A stretch of DNA of 64,000 nt from a virus, in the IMG/VR virus record IMGVR_UViG_3300005340_000004, positions 7,878 to 71,877 of that record, one strand, 5' to 3'. Shown here in pieces: positions 8,652 to 19,825 of the stretch. The first letter of the stretch is position 1, and each line of letters opens with the position of its first letter. Under the pieces are notes generated by a model that saw only the letters and a program-made list of their open reading frames with translations, had not been told where the DNA came from and did no database searches. Made by a program: the position numbers and the translations under genes.

Positions 8652-9458
8652 TTAGTGACCGAAAATCTCTACTGAGTAACGACGAGGTCGCCATTCCGCT
8701 ACTAGATCAATGATTCTCAAGTTCGATTCAAAAGCCTCCCGCAACTCTTTGATGGTGTCTCGAAATAGCTGGGTGGACTTGTTGGATATTTTGGCCTCTT
8801 TTCGTTTGTAGGCAGTTTCAATCCACTTCAAAGCAATTTGTGAATCACCCACCAGCCAGAGCTTATAATCGCCGTGTATCGTATTTTGTGCGTGTTTCAA
8901 TGCACAGATGGCTGTCTTTATTTCCGCCACGTTGGCGGACATCCTGGACTCAAAGTTTTCCCGGATAATTTCACCCTCAACTCCGTTATCTACTCTATAC
9001 GATCCATAGCCATTGCCGAATGGAGGGGTGTTGCTGGATGTTCCTCCGTCCCAGAATATTTTGATGTAATCTGCCGGGATTTCTTTGGGTATAAAGTCAG
9101 TGTGTTTGTTGGATGATGTAAATGCAGGGCCTTTTGTCTTTTTCTCTGTTGCATCAACCTTGTTCATCAGATCAGAAATCCGGTTCTTGAGTTTCTGATT
9201 CTCAGTGTTCAGGGCATCGTTTTTCTGGCCACTTTGCTTTATTTTCTCTTTAAGAATTTCAACGGCCTGCCTTGGGACAACGTCACAGTATTGCTCAAGC
9301 CTTAACTCAAGTAAGAATTTCTGGCGCTGAAGCTTGGCAACATATTCCCTCAAGGCCAATTCCTTCTGGTTTTTACCCAGTCCGTCAATAGTCAATAGGA
9401 TTTCCCGACATCTCTCGGGAGTCAGATCACTCCCAGTCATCAAGGGCGGCATCTTCAA
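8652..9458 (-). CDS. RNase HI-fold protein with N-terminal coiled coil
   Basis: KIFWDGG...NxxxGxGYGSY...SANVAEIK...LVGDSQIAL...EWRPR; D/E/D residues match RNase HI. Confidence 0.75.
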   Translation of the reverse strand: MKMPPLMTGSDLTPERCREILLTIDGLGKNQKELALREYVAKLQRQKFLLELRLEQYCDVVPRQAVEILKEKIKQSGQKNDALNTENQKLKNRISDLMNKVDATEKKTKGPAFTSSNKHTDFIPKEIPADYIKIFWDGGTSSNTPPFGNGYGSYRVDNGVEGEIIRENFESRMSANVAEIKTAICALKHAQNTIHGDYKLWLVGDSQIALKWIETAYKRKEAKISNKSTQLFRDTIKELREAFESNLRIIDLVAEWRPRRYSVEIFGH

Positions 9459-12274
9459 TCTTTCTAATCTGTAGCATCAGAACTCCAATGGCTGATGCGG
9501 TGGGTAGATCGAACTCGTCGATAAACCTCTGCACAAGGCCGTGCAATTCCGATTCAAACGCGGCTATTTGTTCTCTATCGGTCATACTTTACTGATGATG
9601 CCTCATATAAACCGAAATAGCCTCTAACTCATCGGCAGTAAATGGGCCATCAAGAGTTGCGTGTTCAGCTTTGTGTGTAACCGCTAGATACCACCCATAA
9701 TCTAAAAGTCCATCTGGCTTTTGATTTCTAGCCAATGCATCCTTTAGAATTTCTGTTGCCTGTTCGTAATTCATACTTATTGATTTCGATAGCTCTCCCA
9801 TGCCATGATGAGTTCGGAAATTTGTAACTCGCGGAGATCGCGGATTGGAGCCCAAATTTCTTCTTCCATAGGCATTCTAAATCCATACGAATCGGCACAC
9901 GCAACCGACCTCACATTTGAGACAAATTTCTCCACCGCATTTTCCATCAGCTGAAAATAAATACGACAACCAATATCTTTGAATTTTTCTCCGATGTTTT
10001 CAAATGGCTCAATACTGACGATCTTGGATAAATCGACATACTGACCCCAGCCTGTTTTGTAGATCGGGTTCATTTCACAATCGGAGCATCAGCATGAGGC
10101 AACAGGAAGTCGGGAGTTGGCCCCGGCCTTACTTGTGCCACCATGGGCGGGTTAACTACAATCAACTGCTGTGGGGCGTATTTGTTCATATATAGAGCTG
10201 AGAAGAGGATGGCAGTGGCGAATAGGATGGTTAGGTAGATTATATCTTTCATGGTTTTAGCATTTCTTGGATTTTGGCAATCCGATCACAGAGTGATTGG
10301 TAGGATTTTTGATAACCGCATCTCGGTTCATCTTCTTTCCACTTCCATTCTCCTTTGAGGTCGTAAAGGTCTTCCAGAATTTCTTGGAGCAGTTCAGTAT
10401 CAATAGTCATACATTCAAATAGATGATTACTGCGATGGCCGCCATTAACAGCAAGGTTACAGTAGTGATGGTGAAGAACCTGTTCAGCGATTCAGCTTCC
10501 CTGGCTTGATCGCATTGTGAGCAGTTACAGCCTTTCTTTGGTGTTCTCATTGCAAAGATTTTCCGGGTAATTCTCCCGTAACATCCATTAACACTTCCTC
10601 GATTCGCTTTACGGCAATATCGCACCGATGCTCCGGCTTTAAATCATATTCGATCCACCATAGATGAGTTAGGACGCCTACGCATTTTCCTATTTTGGAC
10701 TTTTCATAATCCACATACTGTTTTGCGATAACAGTTTTAATAAGTTCTCCATCTTCCCAATTTCCGATTTTTACAATCGAAGAAGGTATTCCGCAGCACT
10801 CAATCGGAAGTGTTTTTGGCTCTTCCCTATCCAATGATGGAGTAGTCATAAACTCTGGAATTTTTTCATTCTGATTCATATTCTTGTTAACAATAATTCT
10901 ATTTTCGCTGCACAACTCACGCACACATCAACCACTCTCTTCTTATACGTCATGGTGACATGATTGCAGAAGGTTAGAGGTAGTTTGCAGCGCTCGCAGA
11001 TGTCTTTTGCTTTGGTTGGTCTGGCTAGATTCTCCCTGACTTCTTGTTTTATTTCTTCTGGGGAAGATCGGCTCATGTTTCGATGATTTCTGCAACATAG
11101 TCTCGGATGAGGGCGGCTTCGCGCCAGCGTCCAGATAAGACATTTCGTTCAGGAACATCGGCAAACATGGCCGGAATAGCGTGATAATCAGTTTGGTTTT
11201 GGATGACTCGCTGCTCGATATTTTCGGTAATTATTTGCAGCTTCTTCTTGGTCTCTTGAAGTTCGACAGCCAAATAGTAGATCAATCCATCTCCGGTGCA
11301 GTCACGCCATTCCTCGCCATAACGGAGGGCGCGCAGGGTCTGTTGTGGGCCAAACTGCACGGTGTATTTTCCTTCACCACAAGTCACATCAATATCTAGG
11401 TTTTTCATATCTCCACCACCTATACACACCGTCAATACTTTTTACAAGAACCTTCTTTTCAAGCGAGAGAGATTTTGGTAGCATCAGTGTTGATATGAAC
11501 ACAATATTTATGTGGAGTTTGGTAGCTTTGAATGTATGAATGTCGATTGATGGATCGAATCCCATTTCATGGGGGATAACTGTAGTAGTTTTTGGGCTTG
11601 CCCTCAGGGTTACAATTAAAGACGCGATTCGGGATTCTCGTTAACAATATGAACATCTGGAATAAATTAAAGGAATGGTGGCTTAATACTCAGGAGGAGA
11701 AAAAACTTTACGGCAAATACATGGCGCTCCACATGTTGAGCGAGGAGGATTTGGCTGTGATGGCCCACAAGATTCTTACTGAGCGATGCTGCTCAGAGGT
11801 TCCTGAAGATCGGTTGGTCCTGATGGCTGCGGCGATGCGTTATGTCATTATTGTTAACAATAAAACGGCATGAAGATGAAATGCTCCACGCCGCAATGCC
11901 GAAATAAGGCTATCTTGCAGACTCTTGGAAAACATCCCATCTGCCGGAAATGCGGCGATGAGAAAAATCGGAAGGCAAGGATTCGATCCGCCAAAAGAAG
12001 AGATGAAGGTCACTACTCGCCTTCAATTATGGCCAGGTGGAGTCCATCCAAACAATCCCGCATGTTCAATGAACGCTGACCCCAACGAAATACTGGCTTT
12101 TGCCATCAGGATTGAAGACGCCATGAACTGCATGAATAGGATGCTCGATGGAGCTGAACCTACTAAGGGAGACTACAAGAGAGCTACAGCTATCATGTTG
12201 GCTAGAGCACACGCCAAAAATCTCGACCATGTTGTGAAGAGACTACGGGAGATTGTATCGGATCATCATTTGGA

Positions 12275-12487
12275 ATGAGTGAGGAATCAATTTTGTTGAG
12301 CAGGGGATTAAAGAACTGTCCTTTTTGCGGACAAGGCAACGACAATCCTTTTGGCCCTGGCATCTGTTCGGAAAAGAATTTGCCATGGAGATTTTGGGTA
12401 GAATGTGGATGCGGTGCTCGCGGAGCGGTTTACGGTTCTGAAAAATCCGCCTACTTGAATTGGAATAAAAGGGCTTCAAATGAGTGA
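12275..12487 (+). CDS. Lar-like restriction alleviation Zn-finger protein
   Basis: LKNCPFCG...VECGCGARG...WNKRA. Confidence 0.7.
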   Translation: MSEESILLSRGLKNCPFCGQGNDNPFGPGICSEKNLPWRFWVECGCGARGAVYGSEKSAYLNWNKRASNE

Positions 12488-13038
12488 AGGAATAAATTGG
12501 GGTGGCAAACTTGTGATTCCCGAGCCTCTAGGGCGCTGGTTGTGGATTAAGCCTAAGAAGGTTCGGAACAAGGGCGGAGGCATGAAGAAGAGGCGAGGAC
12601 GCCGATACAAAGGCTATAACTCGCACCGGGAGATTCCGGCCTATCACGTTGCAACTTTTGAATTGGGAGAAAAGTTTGTTCGTTCCGAACTTGGATTTGT
12701 TTTCCGATATTCTAGGGACAGAATCGAGAATCCTGCTCCATGGAAGACGATGCCAAGATGCTATGATTATCCGCCAAGCAAGCATTACTCCAGACTGTGA
12801 ATAAAAAGGCCACCAAAAAGCTCGTTAAGAGATTTCAAGAACTCGCCATGAAGGAAGCGTTCGGCGAAACCTCGACCGCTGAGCATCAGAAGCTGGAGAT
12901 GATACAAGCCCTACTCAGACCCAAGAGAAGCAGAGAAGAGATTGTGAGAGAGGCCGAATCAAGCTTTGAAACCAGAAGACTTTTCAAGCTGTTCGGCAAG
13001 ATCAAGCGAGAAGCAGAAGAAGAGTTGAGATTGTTTAA

Positions 13039-13722
13039 GTGTGTATGAAATTCGCAATTCAGAGTGGTTATTGGGATAGAGGAGTTGAGGCTCTGTGCCG
13101 CAATTTTCCTTATCGCATCGCCAAATTCCCCGCCATCGAACCAGATGAGATTCCGCTTGGGTCTGTGGAGTGGGTTGAGATTTTATTGGGAAGGCACGTA
13201 AAGCCCGACTATCATCCTACTTTCTTGTCTCATCTCTTGTTGCGTAAAACTAGGATGCAGGACGAATGGCCCTTAGGTCATCCTTGTTTCATAAAGCCTG
13301 CCTACAGGCACAAGGAATGGAAGGCCAAGATTTATTCAGGTCGCGGATACAAGGGCAAAAAGAAAGGTCCGTATCTCATCAGTGAAATTGTCCGATTCAG
13401 AAATGAATACCGCTACTACGTAGCCAACGGTAAAATCTTATCGGGCTGGTGGTATTGGGGAGACAGTCAAGACGACCAGCAGAGACACGAAGGAAGCGAA
13501 ATCCCAGAAGCTCCAATCCTCGACACTCAGTTCCCAGAAACTTTCTGCGGAGCGGTAGACATGGGAGAGTTATGGGAAACCGGACAACTGGCTCTAATCG
13601 AAAGCAATGCTCCATTCTCTTGTGGGTGGTATGGTGAGCAAGATCAATCCATGGATTATTGTCTATTCCTACAGGCAGGATGGAAGTGGTTGAAGGAAGG
13701 TAGAGACTGTTTATCTGATTGA
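13039..13722 (+). CDS. ATP-grasp domain protein (DUF4343/R2K-like)
   Basis: PLGSVEW...FIKP...K...ISEIVRFRNEYRYYV...AVDMG...LIESNAPFSCGWYG. Confidence 0.75.
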   Translation: MCMKFAIQSGYWDRGVEALCRNFPYRIAKFPAIEPDEIPLGSVEWVEILLGRHVKPDYHPTFLSHLLLRKTRMQDEWPLGHPCFIKPAYRHKEWKAKIYSGRGYKGKKKGPYLISEIVRFRNEYRYYVANGKILSGWWYWGDSQDDQQRHEGSEIPEAPILDTQFPETFCGAVDMGELWETGQLALIESNAPFSCGWYGEQDQSMDYCLFLQAGWKWLKEGRDCLSD

Positions 13723-13941
13723 TGATTTTGAGAAAAAGTGGTTGGCGGATGAGGGTCTATTTCTAATACGTAACCAATAACTTCTCCCCCTCCGACCGCC
13801 ATACCCCCGCCACCCTCTCACTCTTTTTCCTCAACAATTTCCTCCCCACTTTATTCGATCCAGGATGCCCCTAGATTCGTTCTGTTCTCTGTCTCCCTAC
13901 ATTCTAGGCTACCTATCTAGTCGATTTCTACCAGCTAGTTG

Positions 13942-13970
13942 TTGCGGTTAATGGGTTGTAAGCGTATACA
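13942..13970 (+). promoter_or_regulatory. Putative early promoter
   Basis: TTGCGG-N17-TATACA, with TTGTAAGCGTAT shared with the promoter at 15296. Confidence 0.55.
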
Positions 13971-14603
13971 AGGGGAGATATATGAACGCTCAAACACTTC
14001 CTCACATTCCTTACAATGGCCTTATCGCTCGCGTCTGCATGCAATGCACTTGCCCCGATTCTGGAAAGGTAGGCACCTTTCTCTATTCAGGGGAAACGTG
14101 GAGAAATAAAGGGTCGCGCGTTACTCCGGTCTTTGCGGACCTTGTTGCCCTCGTCCAGCATTGCGACATGGGAGGCTGGCAGATCATCAAAGACGACTCG
14201 CATCCTCTAGGCACTTACACCTTTCGCGCATAACACTAGATAACAATAAAACCATGAGAACACACACCATACATACACAAGCAACTGTTAAGACTGTGAA
14301 GGCAAGCCATACGCCGGGGCCTTGGCTGCAATGGGGGCCGGAAAATCAAGCCATTGTTTTTTCAGATACGAAAGGGCCTGTTGTTGTGGCTGTAACCGAC
14401 ACAGACAAGGCAATCGGTTACTTGGCTCGTCAATCGAACGCCAAGCTCATTGCTGCCGCGCCTGAGATGCTGGAGGCTTTGCAAGGAGCCTTGAGAAATC
14501 TAATCATGTTTCATGGCAGCGACTGCAAATGCAAGGAGTGCCATAATGTGAAATCAGCTATCTCCAAAGCTACCGCATAACCTCACCACCAAATCAACCA
14601 AAG

Positions 14604-14635
14604 AAAGGGTCAGCTCTAACCGGCTGGCCTTTTTT
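14604..14635 (+). terminator. Rho-independent terminator
   Basis: GGTCAGC...GCTGGCC stem followed by a T run. Confidence 0.55.
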
Positions 14636-14650
14636 CTTGTTAACAATAAT

Positions 14651-14902
14651 TCAAGTGGTCGAATCTGACTCTTTAGGCGGCTCGGATGGTAGAGCTTTGC
14701 GTTTCCCGCTCTTCCTGGGCTTGTTTGCTTTTAGGTGGCATCGGTGGATGTAGGCGGCTACGGAAGATAGATCGTGGGGATCGTAGAAGCGTCTATAGCG
14801 GTCGTCTGATACCGCATGGAGAGTCTTACCAACTGCCTTGGCAATGTCGATTGAACCGTAGCGATACGGTCTTTTTGGTCTGTTTTTGGAGAAATGAGCC
14901 AT
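14651..14902 (-). CDS. Small basic protein, possible HTH regulator
   Basis: YGSIDIAKAVGKTLHAV resembles an HTH; lone minus-strand gene among early genes. Confidence 0.4.
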   Translation of the reverse strand: MAHFSKNRPKRPYRYGSIDIAKAVGKTLHAVSDDRYRRFYDPHDLSSVAAYIHRCHLKANKPRKSGKRKALPSEPPKESDSTT

Positions 14903-15295
14903 TTTGAGGGACTATTGCGATGTTATCCCAGCAATATGTTCGCGTTTCTTGGGTTGTTCAAGCCTATTTGTGTGGTAGAAAAGAGTCAACCCCTTGCGCT
15001 TTGAATCGCTTAAACCTACAATCTCGCGTGCTTACAGTCTCATCATATCTGCTTCACTCTTTTTCCTTACTCTGTAGTTACAGAGATAGTCACAAAAAGA
15101 GTCTGTAATGCTTGTTTTCAATAAACTCATCCCTTGTTCTCTTTGCTTCTCTTCTTATGTAGATGAGTCATAACCTTTGGGGAACTCCGTAGGGGCGTGC
15201 GCCATCCTAGTCCATCGCTTGCCGTGAAAGGTCACACGCTCACCGTGCTCGTGCTACGCAACTAGTCGATTTTCACCTTTTATCACAAATACTTG

Positions 15296-15324
15296 TTGCG
15301 ATCGTTGCATTGTAAGCGTATAGG
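15296..15324 (+). promoter_or_regulatory. Putative early promoter
   Basis: TTGCGA-N17-TATAGG; near-duplicate of the 13942 promoter. Confidence 0.55.
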
Positions 15325-15336
15325 TTCTGTAGATAT

Positions 15337-15684
15337 ATGAAAACCACACTGACCACCTCAGACATCGCACACGCACTCAAGAACGATTATAATGCCAATT
15401 GGAGCTGGGCCGGGGCACGTGCTCTCGCCGAGTATTTGGAGGAATACGAAGAATCCGCCGGCGAGGAAATGGAACTGGACGTTGTCGCGATCCGTTGCGA
15501 CTTCTCCGAATACTCCTCCCTTCAGGACTGGGCTATCGAGTATTTCGGCGGTGAAGAACAAGCTAAAGGAAATCTAAACACTGAAGATGCGCTATATGAG
15601 TGTGACGATGAAATCTGCGACTACATCCGCGATCACGGCCAGTTGATTGAGTTCAATGGCGGCATTATCGTTTCCTCATTCTAA
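15337..15684 (+). CDS. Highly acidic early phage protein
   Basis: ALAEYLEEYEE...ELDVVAIRCDFSEY; very Asp/Glu-rich. Confidence 0.7.
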   Translation: MKTTLTTSDIAHALKNDYNANWSWAGARALAEYLEEYEESAGEEMELDVVAIRCDFSEYSSLQDWAIEYFGGEEQAKGNLNTEDALYECDDEICDYIRDHGQLIEFNGGIIVSSF

Positions 15685-15686
15685 AA

Positions 15687-15736
15687 GAACGAAACGCCTT
15701 CGGGCGTCGTGGCGTATGTCGTCACCTGATGAGTTC
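15687..15736 (+). ncRNA. Type II hammerhead ribozyme
   Basis: GAAC|GAAA|CGCC-UUCG-GGCG|UC^|GUGGCG-UAUGU-CGUCAC|CUGAUGA|GUUC. Complete core and three stems; GUC cleavage predicted after 15708. Confidence 0.92.
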
Positions 15737-15753
15737 CAAACCTAAATAAATAT

Positions 15754-16107
15754 ATGAAATACTTAAATTCCGTACTTCCTTCCTACATTGAGTGTGCCTT
15801 GTGGTCGTCTATGGACGATAGCGGCGAACCTCTCGATTCTGGCGAATACACCTTATCCGATAAGGCGCGCGAGCAAATGCGGGAAGATTGCCAAAACTTT
15901 ATCGCCTACTGCGAGGAAGAGGGGATTGATTCCGATGCGTGGAGTGATGAGCAATTCGGTCACGATTTCTGGCTGACGCGCAACGGACACGGCACCGGAT
16001 TTTGGGATCGGGGACTTCCGAATGGAGACAAATTGACTGCTGCCGCAAAAACCTTTGGCTCATGCGATCTTTACGTAGGCGATGATAACTTGGTTTACGT
16101 TTCCTAA
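15754..16107 (+). CDS. Acidic early phage protein
   Basis: YIECALWSS...GHDFWLTRNGHGTGFWDRG...DLYVGDD, a motif set I recognise from phage early regions. Confidence 0.7.
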   Translation: MKYLNSVLPSYIECALWSSMDDSGEPLDSGEYTLSDKAREQMREDCQNFIAYCEEEGIDSDAWSDEQFGHDFWLTRNGHGTGFWDRGLPNGDKLTAAAKTFGSCDLYVGDDNLVYVS

Positions 16108-18518
16108 TCCCATGATCACCACACCACGCAAACCACTTACCCGCATCTCTCGGGCTCCCGATGCTCCTCATGGGGTTAATTCAAAGCTTGTTGTTACTCT
16201 CTGTCCTTCTTCTGGCACCCTTAAGATTAGGGAACATGGGAGACGAGAGCCTTCTTCTGTTACTGTGTCCCTGGCGCAGATTTATCAGATGGCGATGAGG
16301 CGTAAATACCTTGGGGTGTAGCATTCGCAGCCGCCCTGACATTCGCCATTTCACACCCTTCAACCCGCACACCTACATTCACCCTATTGTTAACAAGTAT
16401 ATGAAAGACACTGACAACTACGGAAAGCCAAAATCGGATTACCTTGCCAAAATTCAGAGTTGGGATGACGACACCCTTTTCAATGAAACGAAAGATAAAA
16501 TCTGGCTTTCGGCTTACGCCCAAAACAACCCGCGAAGCGATTACCACTGGCAGGATGACGCAATATATGACGAATGGAACAAGCGGAACAAGCTTGGAGA
16601 ATATTCCAAAGCTTACAAACAGGTAGTAGCTGCAAACACATGGCCGCACACAAAATAGCCTCCTTCCTCTTGGGTAATAAACTCCGTGGAGAGAAGTTGT
16701 GGATACTGACGCAAACAAACCCGACTGAAAGGAACAAGGCCGAGATTATGGAGTTACAACAAAAGATTTCCGCCTCATACCTTGAGGTATTTGGGGAAAT
16801 TGCACCTTGGGAGGATTCAGAATAAATTTATGAAAACAGAACTGATAATGAAGCATTGGCAGCGTGGCGGAACTGGAATCACAAACTTTCGGCCCAGTAG
16901 TCGCTGGATTTACGAGCAAGCGATTGCAGAATATGTAAATTCGGGCGGAAAATCTGAATTGGTTATCTGCACCAGTCCAATCGGAGATACCAATATTCCT
17001 ACCGATTTTTCACTGCACTCCTTGGATAGCTCCGATCTTTCGGGGTTCTGGGAAATTTTTAAGGAAATTAAGGGATGAAACGCAACTGTAAAGCCTCTTG
17101 GTTCTCCCTGACTCCGTTTCGGCGAATCCCTGGGTATCTAAAAACCTCAATCCTCATTCTCTTTATTCTCATTGTCTGTATCTTTTTACAGGTGATGGGG
17201 ATGAGGAATTAAATATATGAAACATCACGAACTTATCTATTGCGACAATCAAAAAGAATACGATTCCATTCAGTCTCAGATTAAAGCGCGGTGGACGGAT
17301 GCCGTTTTTGAAGACGGCTCAGACTATATTCACGAATACCGATTTTCTGTTGATCTTGATTGCGAGGAGTCAGATTTCGTCATGCTTGCGCTTTCTGGAA
17401 AATGGGCATTGGCCTGTTTCGGGATTCAAATGATGCGAATGGGAGGCAGTAAAGAGCAGGAAAAGTTACTTGGCTACCTAAAGCAGTTTGAGTCACAGAA
17501 AACAAAATCAACCCTTGCATTGTAAGCGTATTTTATTGATAACAAGAAAACAAATATATGAAACTACAACGAGATTGGAACCCTGTTAGAAGCGGGAAAT
17601 ATTACTGCTCACCAGCTTGCGGTTGCGGATGCACGTATCAAGCGTTTAAACAAGCAAATGCGAGCGCAAAGAAGATGATCTCAGCAATGAAGAATCCCGA
17701 TAAATGGCAAGCTGAAGTATGGGAGAATTGCGGATGGCACTATTCAATCAAGTGCGGACTTCTGGCTGTTACTTCAGGACATCTCAAAACTCAATTCTCG
17801 GCCCATTACGACCATCAACATTGGTGTGATGCCAAAACTCCACAGAAAGCAGCCGACAAGGTTCTTAAATCTGTGAAGGATGAAATCAAGCGGCTGCAAG
17901 CAATCACAACTTTCTTCCCTTAACCAATATATGAAAACTAGAACTAAAGGAGAGTGGAAGGCAATCAGTATGGATTCAGAGGGATACAACCACAACGATG
18001 CAGTGCGGGTTGTTTCGGAAAATGGAACTCCTATCGCGGAATGTTCATATGCTTGCTGCATGTTGACGCCAGAAAACGCCAAATTCATCGCCATGGCGGG
18101 AACGGTAGCTCACAAGCTCGATTCTCTCGGATATGATGGAGAGAAAGCAATTGAGATGCTGCCGGAGATTTTGAAACAACTTCGATTTCTAAAGGGAGAA
18201 GTTGAGTATTCCAATAGAGAAGCAATCCAAAGCACGGAATTTCTTATTGATTCCATTAAACCATGAACACCATAACAACCTCCTCTGGAGTCACAGTTGA
18301 GATCATTGATATGTCTCCACTCAAGAAAGAAGGCTTCATCTCCATGTTTGGGGATTCTAAAACGCCCTACAAGGCCGACGCAACCCACGGACAGGCCAAC
18401 GTAGCCTTGGGAGAGTTTGTTACGCCTGACGAGGCTTTAAACGCTGTTACGGCCTATGGTGCGACTGTCTGCCATTGGTTCATTCGCGGTAAACAAGTGA
18501 AGTAAACATTAAAACAAT

Positions 18519-19091
18519 ATGATAAATCCAAATGACATTAAAGTAGGGGCGCAGTTCCGAACCCGTAATGGTAAAGTTGCCGAAATCGAAGCTGAAAAAA
18601 CTCACTCTGATTGGCCATGGAAAGGAAATGTCGAAGGAGGCTCTTCTTCTTGGTCGAGAGATGGGCGAGAATCTTTTGATACTAGACAAGATTCGGATTA
18701 CGACCTCATCGAACTCGTTCAACCACAACAAAACATGAACAAAACATACTACTGCAAAGTTACGAATCCCAATCTTGGGAAATTTATTATTGAGTTTGCC
18801 CGAAAAAATAAACTTTTCCCTCACAGCTACATTTTCGGGAATCCAAACCAGACTGGTTTCCAGTTTCCAAATTACGATGGGCACTTTGACTGGTCTAGCA
18901 CCCCTGAAGGAAAAACTGAAGTCAGTATCGACGAGTTCTTGGCCCTCCTCGAAAAACCAAATACCATATCCATCAAACTCAACGATCAATACATGGCTGA
19001 AGTTTCGAAAGATATGGTTAAGGTAGGTTGCCAAACATTCCCCTTCAGTAAGATCGAGGAAATTGTAGAGGCGCACGCTAAACTTTCTTAA
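18519..19091 (+). CDS. Hypothetical early protein
   Basis: 190 aa; RTRNG...W...G...DYDLIE phage motif. Confidence 0.55.
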   Translation: MINPNDIKVGAQFRTRNGKVAEIEAEKTHSDWPWKGNVEGGSSSWSRDGRESFDTRQDSDYDLIELVQPQQNMNKTYYCKVTNPNLGKFIIEFARKNKLFPHSYIFGNPNQTGFQFPNYDGHFDWSSTPEGKTEVSIDEFLALLEKPNTISIKLNDQYMAEVSKDMVKVGCQTFPFSKIEEIVEAHAKLS

Positions 19092-19486
19092 TCCATGACT
19101 CAAGATGACAAAATTAAGGCGTTGTTGAATCTCCTCGACGACGTAATCAAGAAGGATGAGGAGCGAGCACCGGGAGAGTGGCGAGCCAAGGTGCGGGCTC
19201 AGTTTCCAGATCAAGAAGTTTCGATTAAGCCATACCTCCTTATTAGAAGCGTTGTGGCATCCGAAAATTACGATTCTTGGACTGACGCCTCCTTCATCGC
19301 CAGCGCGTCAGTCTCGCACGGCAAGAATGCGAGGGCGTTGAAGAGCACGGTGGAATTTTTGATTAAATGGCGAGACGCATATCGTAAAACTGGACCAGGA
19401 ATAGACTTCCCGGGGAAATTTCCCCAAGACAAACAACTTGATTCAATCCTCTCCCTCTACCCCGACGAAATCCTCAAACGCTACCT

Positions 19487-19825
19487 ATGACCACCAAAAG
19501 ACTAGCCAATCGTATCGAGTTTGCCTCCCGTGCTGCTGCTCATGGACGTAAAGGAGGGTCTGTGTCTTCAGATCGTAAGAAAGAAGCTACTTCTCTTTCT
19601 TTGGTTAAAGCCAGGTATTCTAGGATGAAGAAGATGGCGGAAGAGGGCAGGCTGTTTAAGTGCGTGGTCCTTAGGGATGGCGAGTATTGTTCCTATTGGG
19701 AAACTCTTTTCGTGGGAGGAAAGGGAGCTTCGCAGAAATTCGCCCGTGATTCTGGCTTGTCGCCTGCAACTGTGGTTCAGGCCGATGCTGAGGATTTGGA
19801 GAAATTCGCTCCCAAGGCAGGCTGA
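19487..19825 (+). CDS. Small basic protein with GRKGG motif
   Basis: AAAHGRKGGSVSSDRKK; last gene of the rightward block. Confidence 0.5.
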   Translation: MTTKRLANRIEFASRAAAHGRKGGSVSSDRKKEATSLSLVKARYSRMKKMAEEGRLFKCVVLRDGEYCSYWETLFVGGKGASQKFARDSGLSPATVVQADAEDLEKFAPKAG

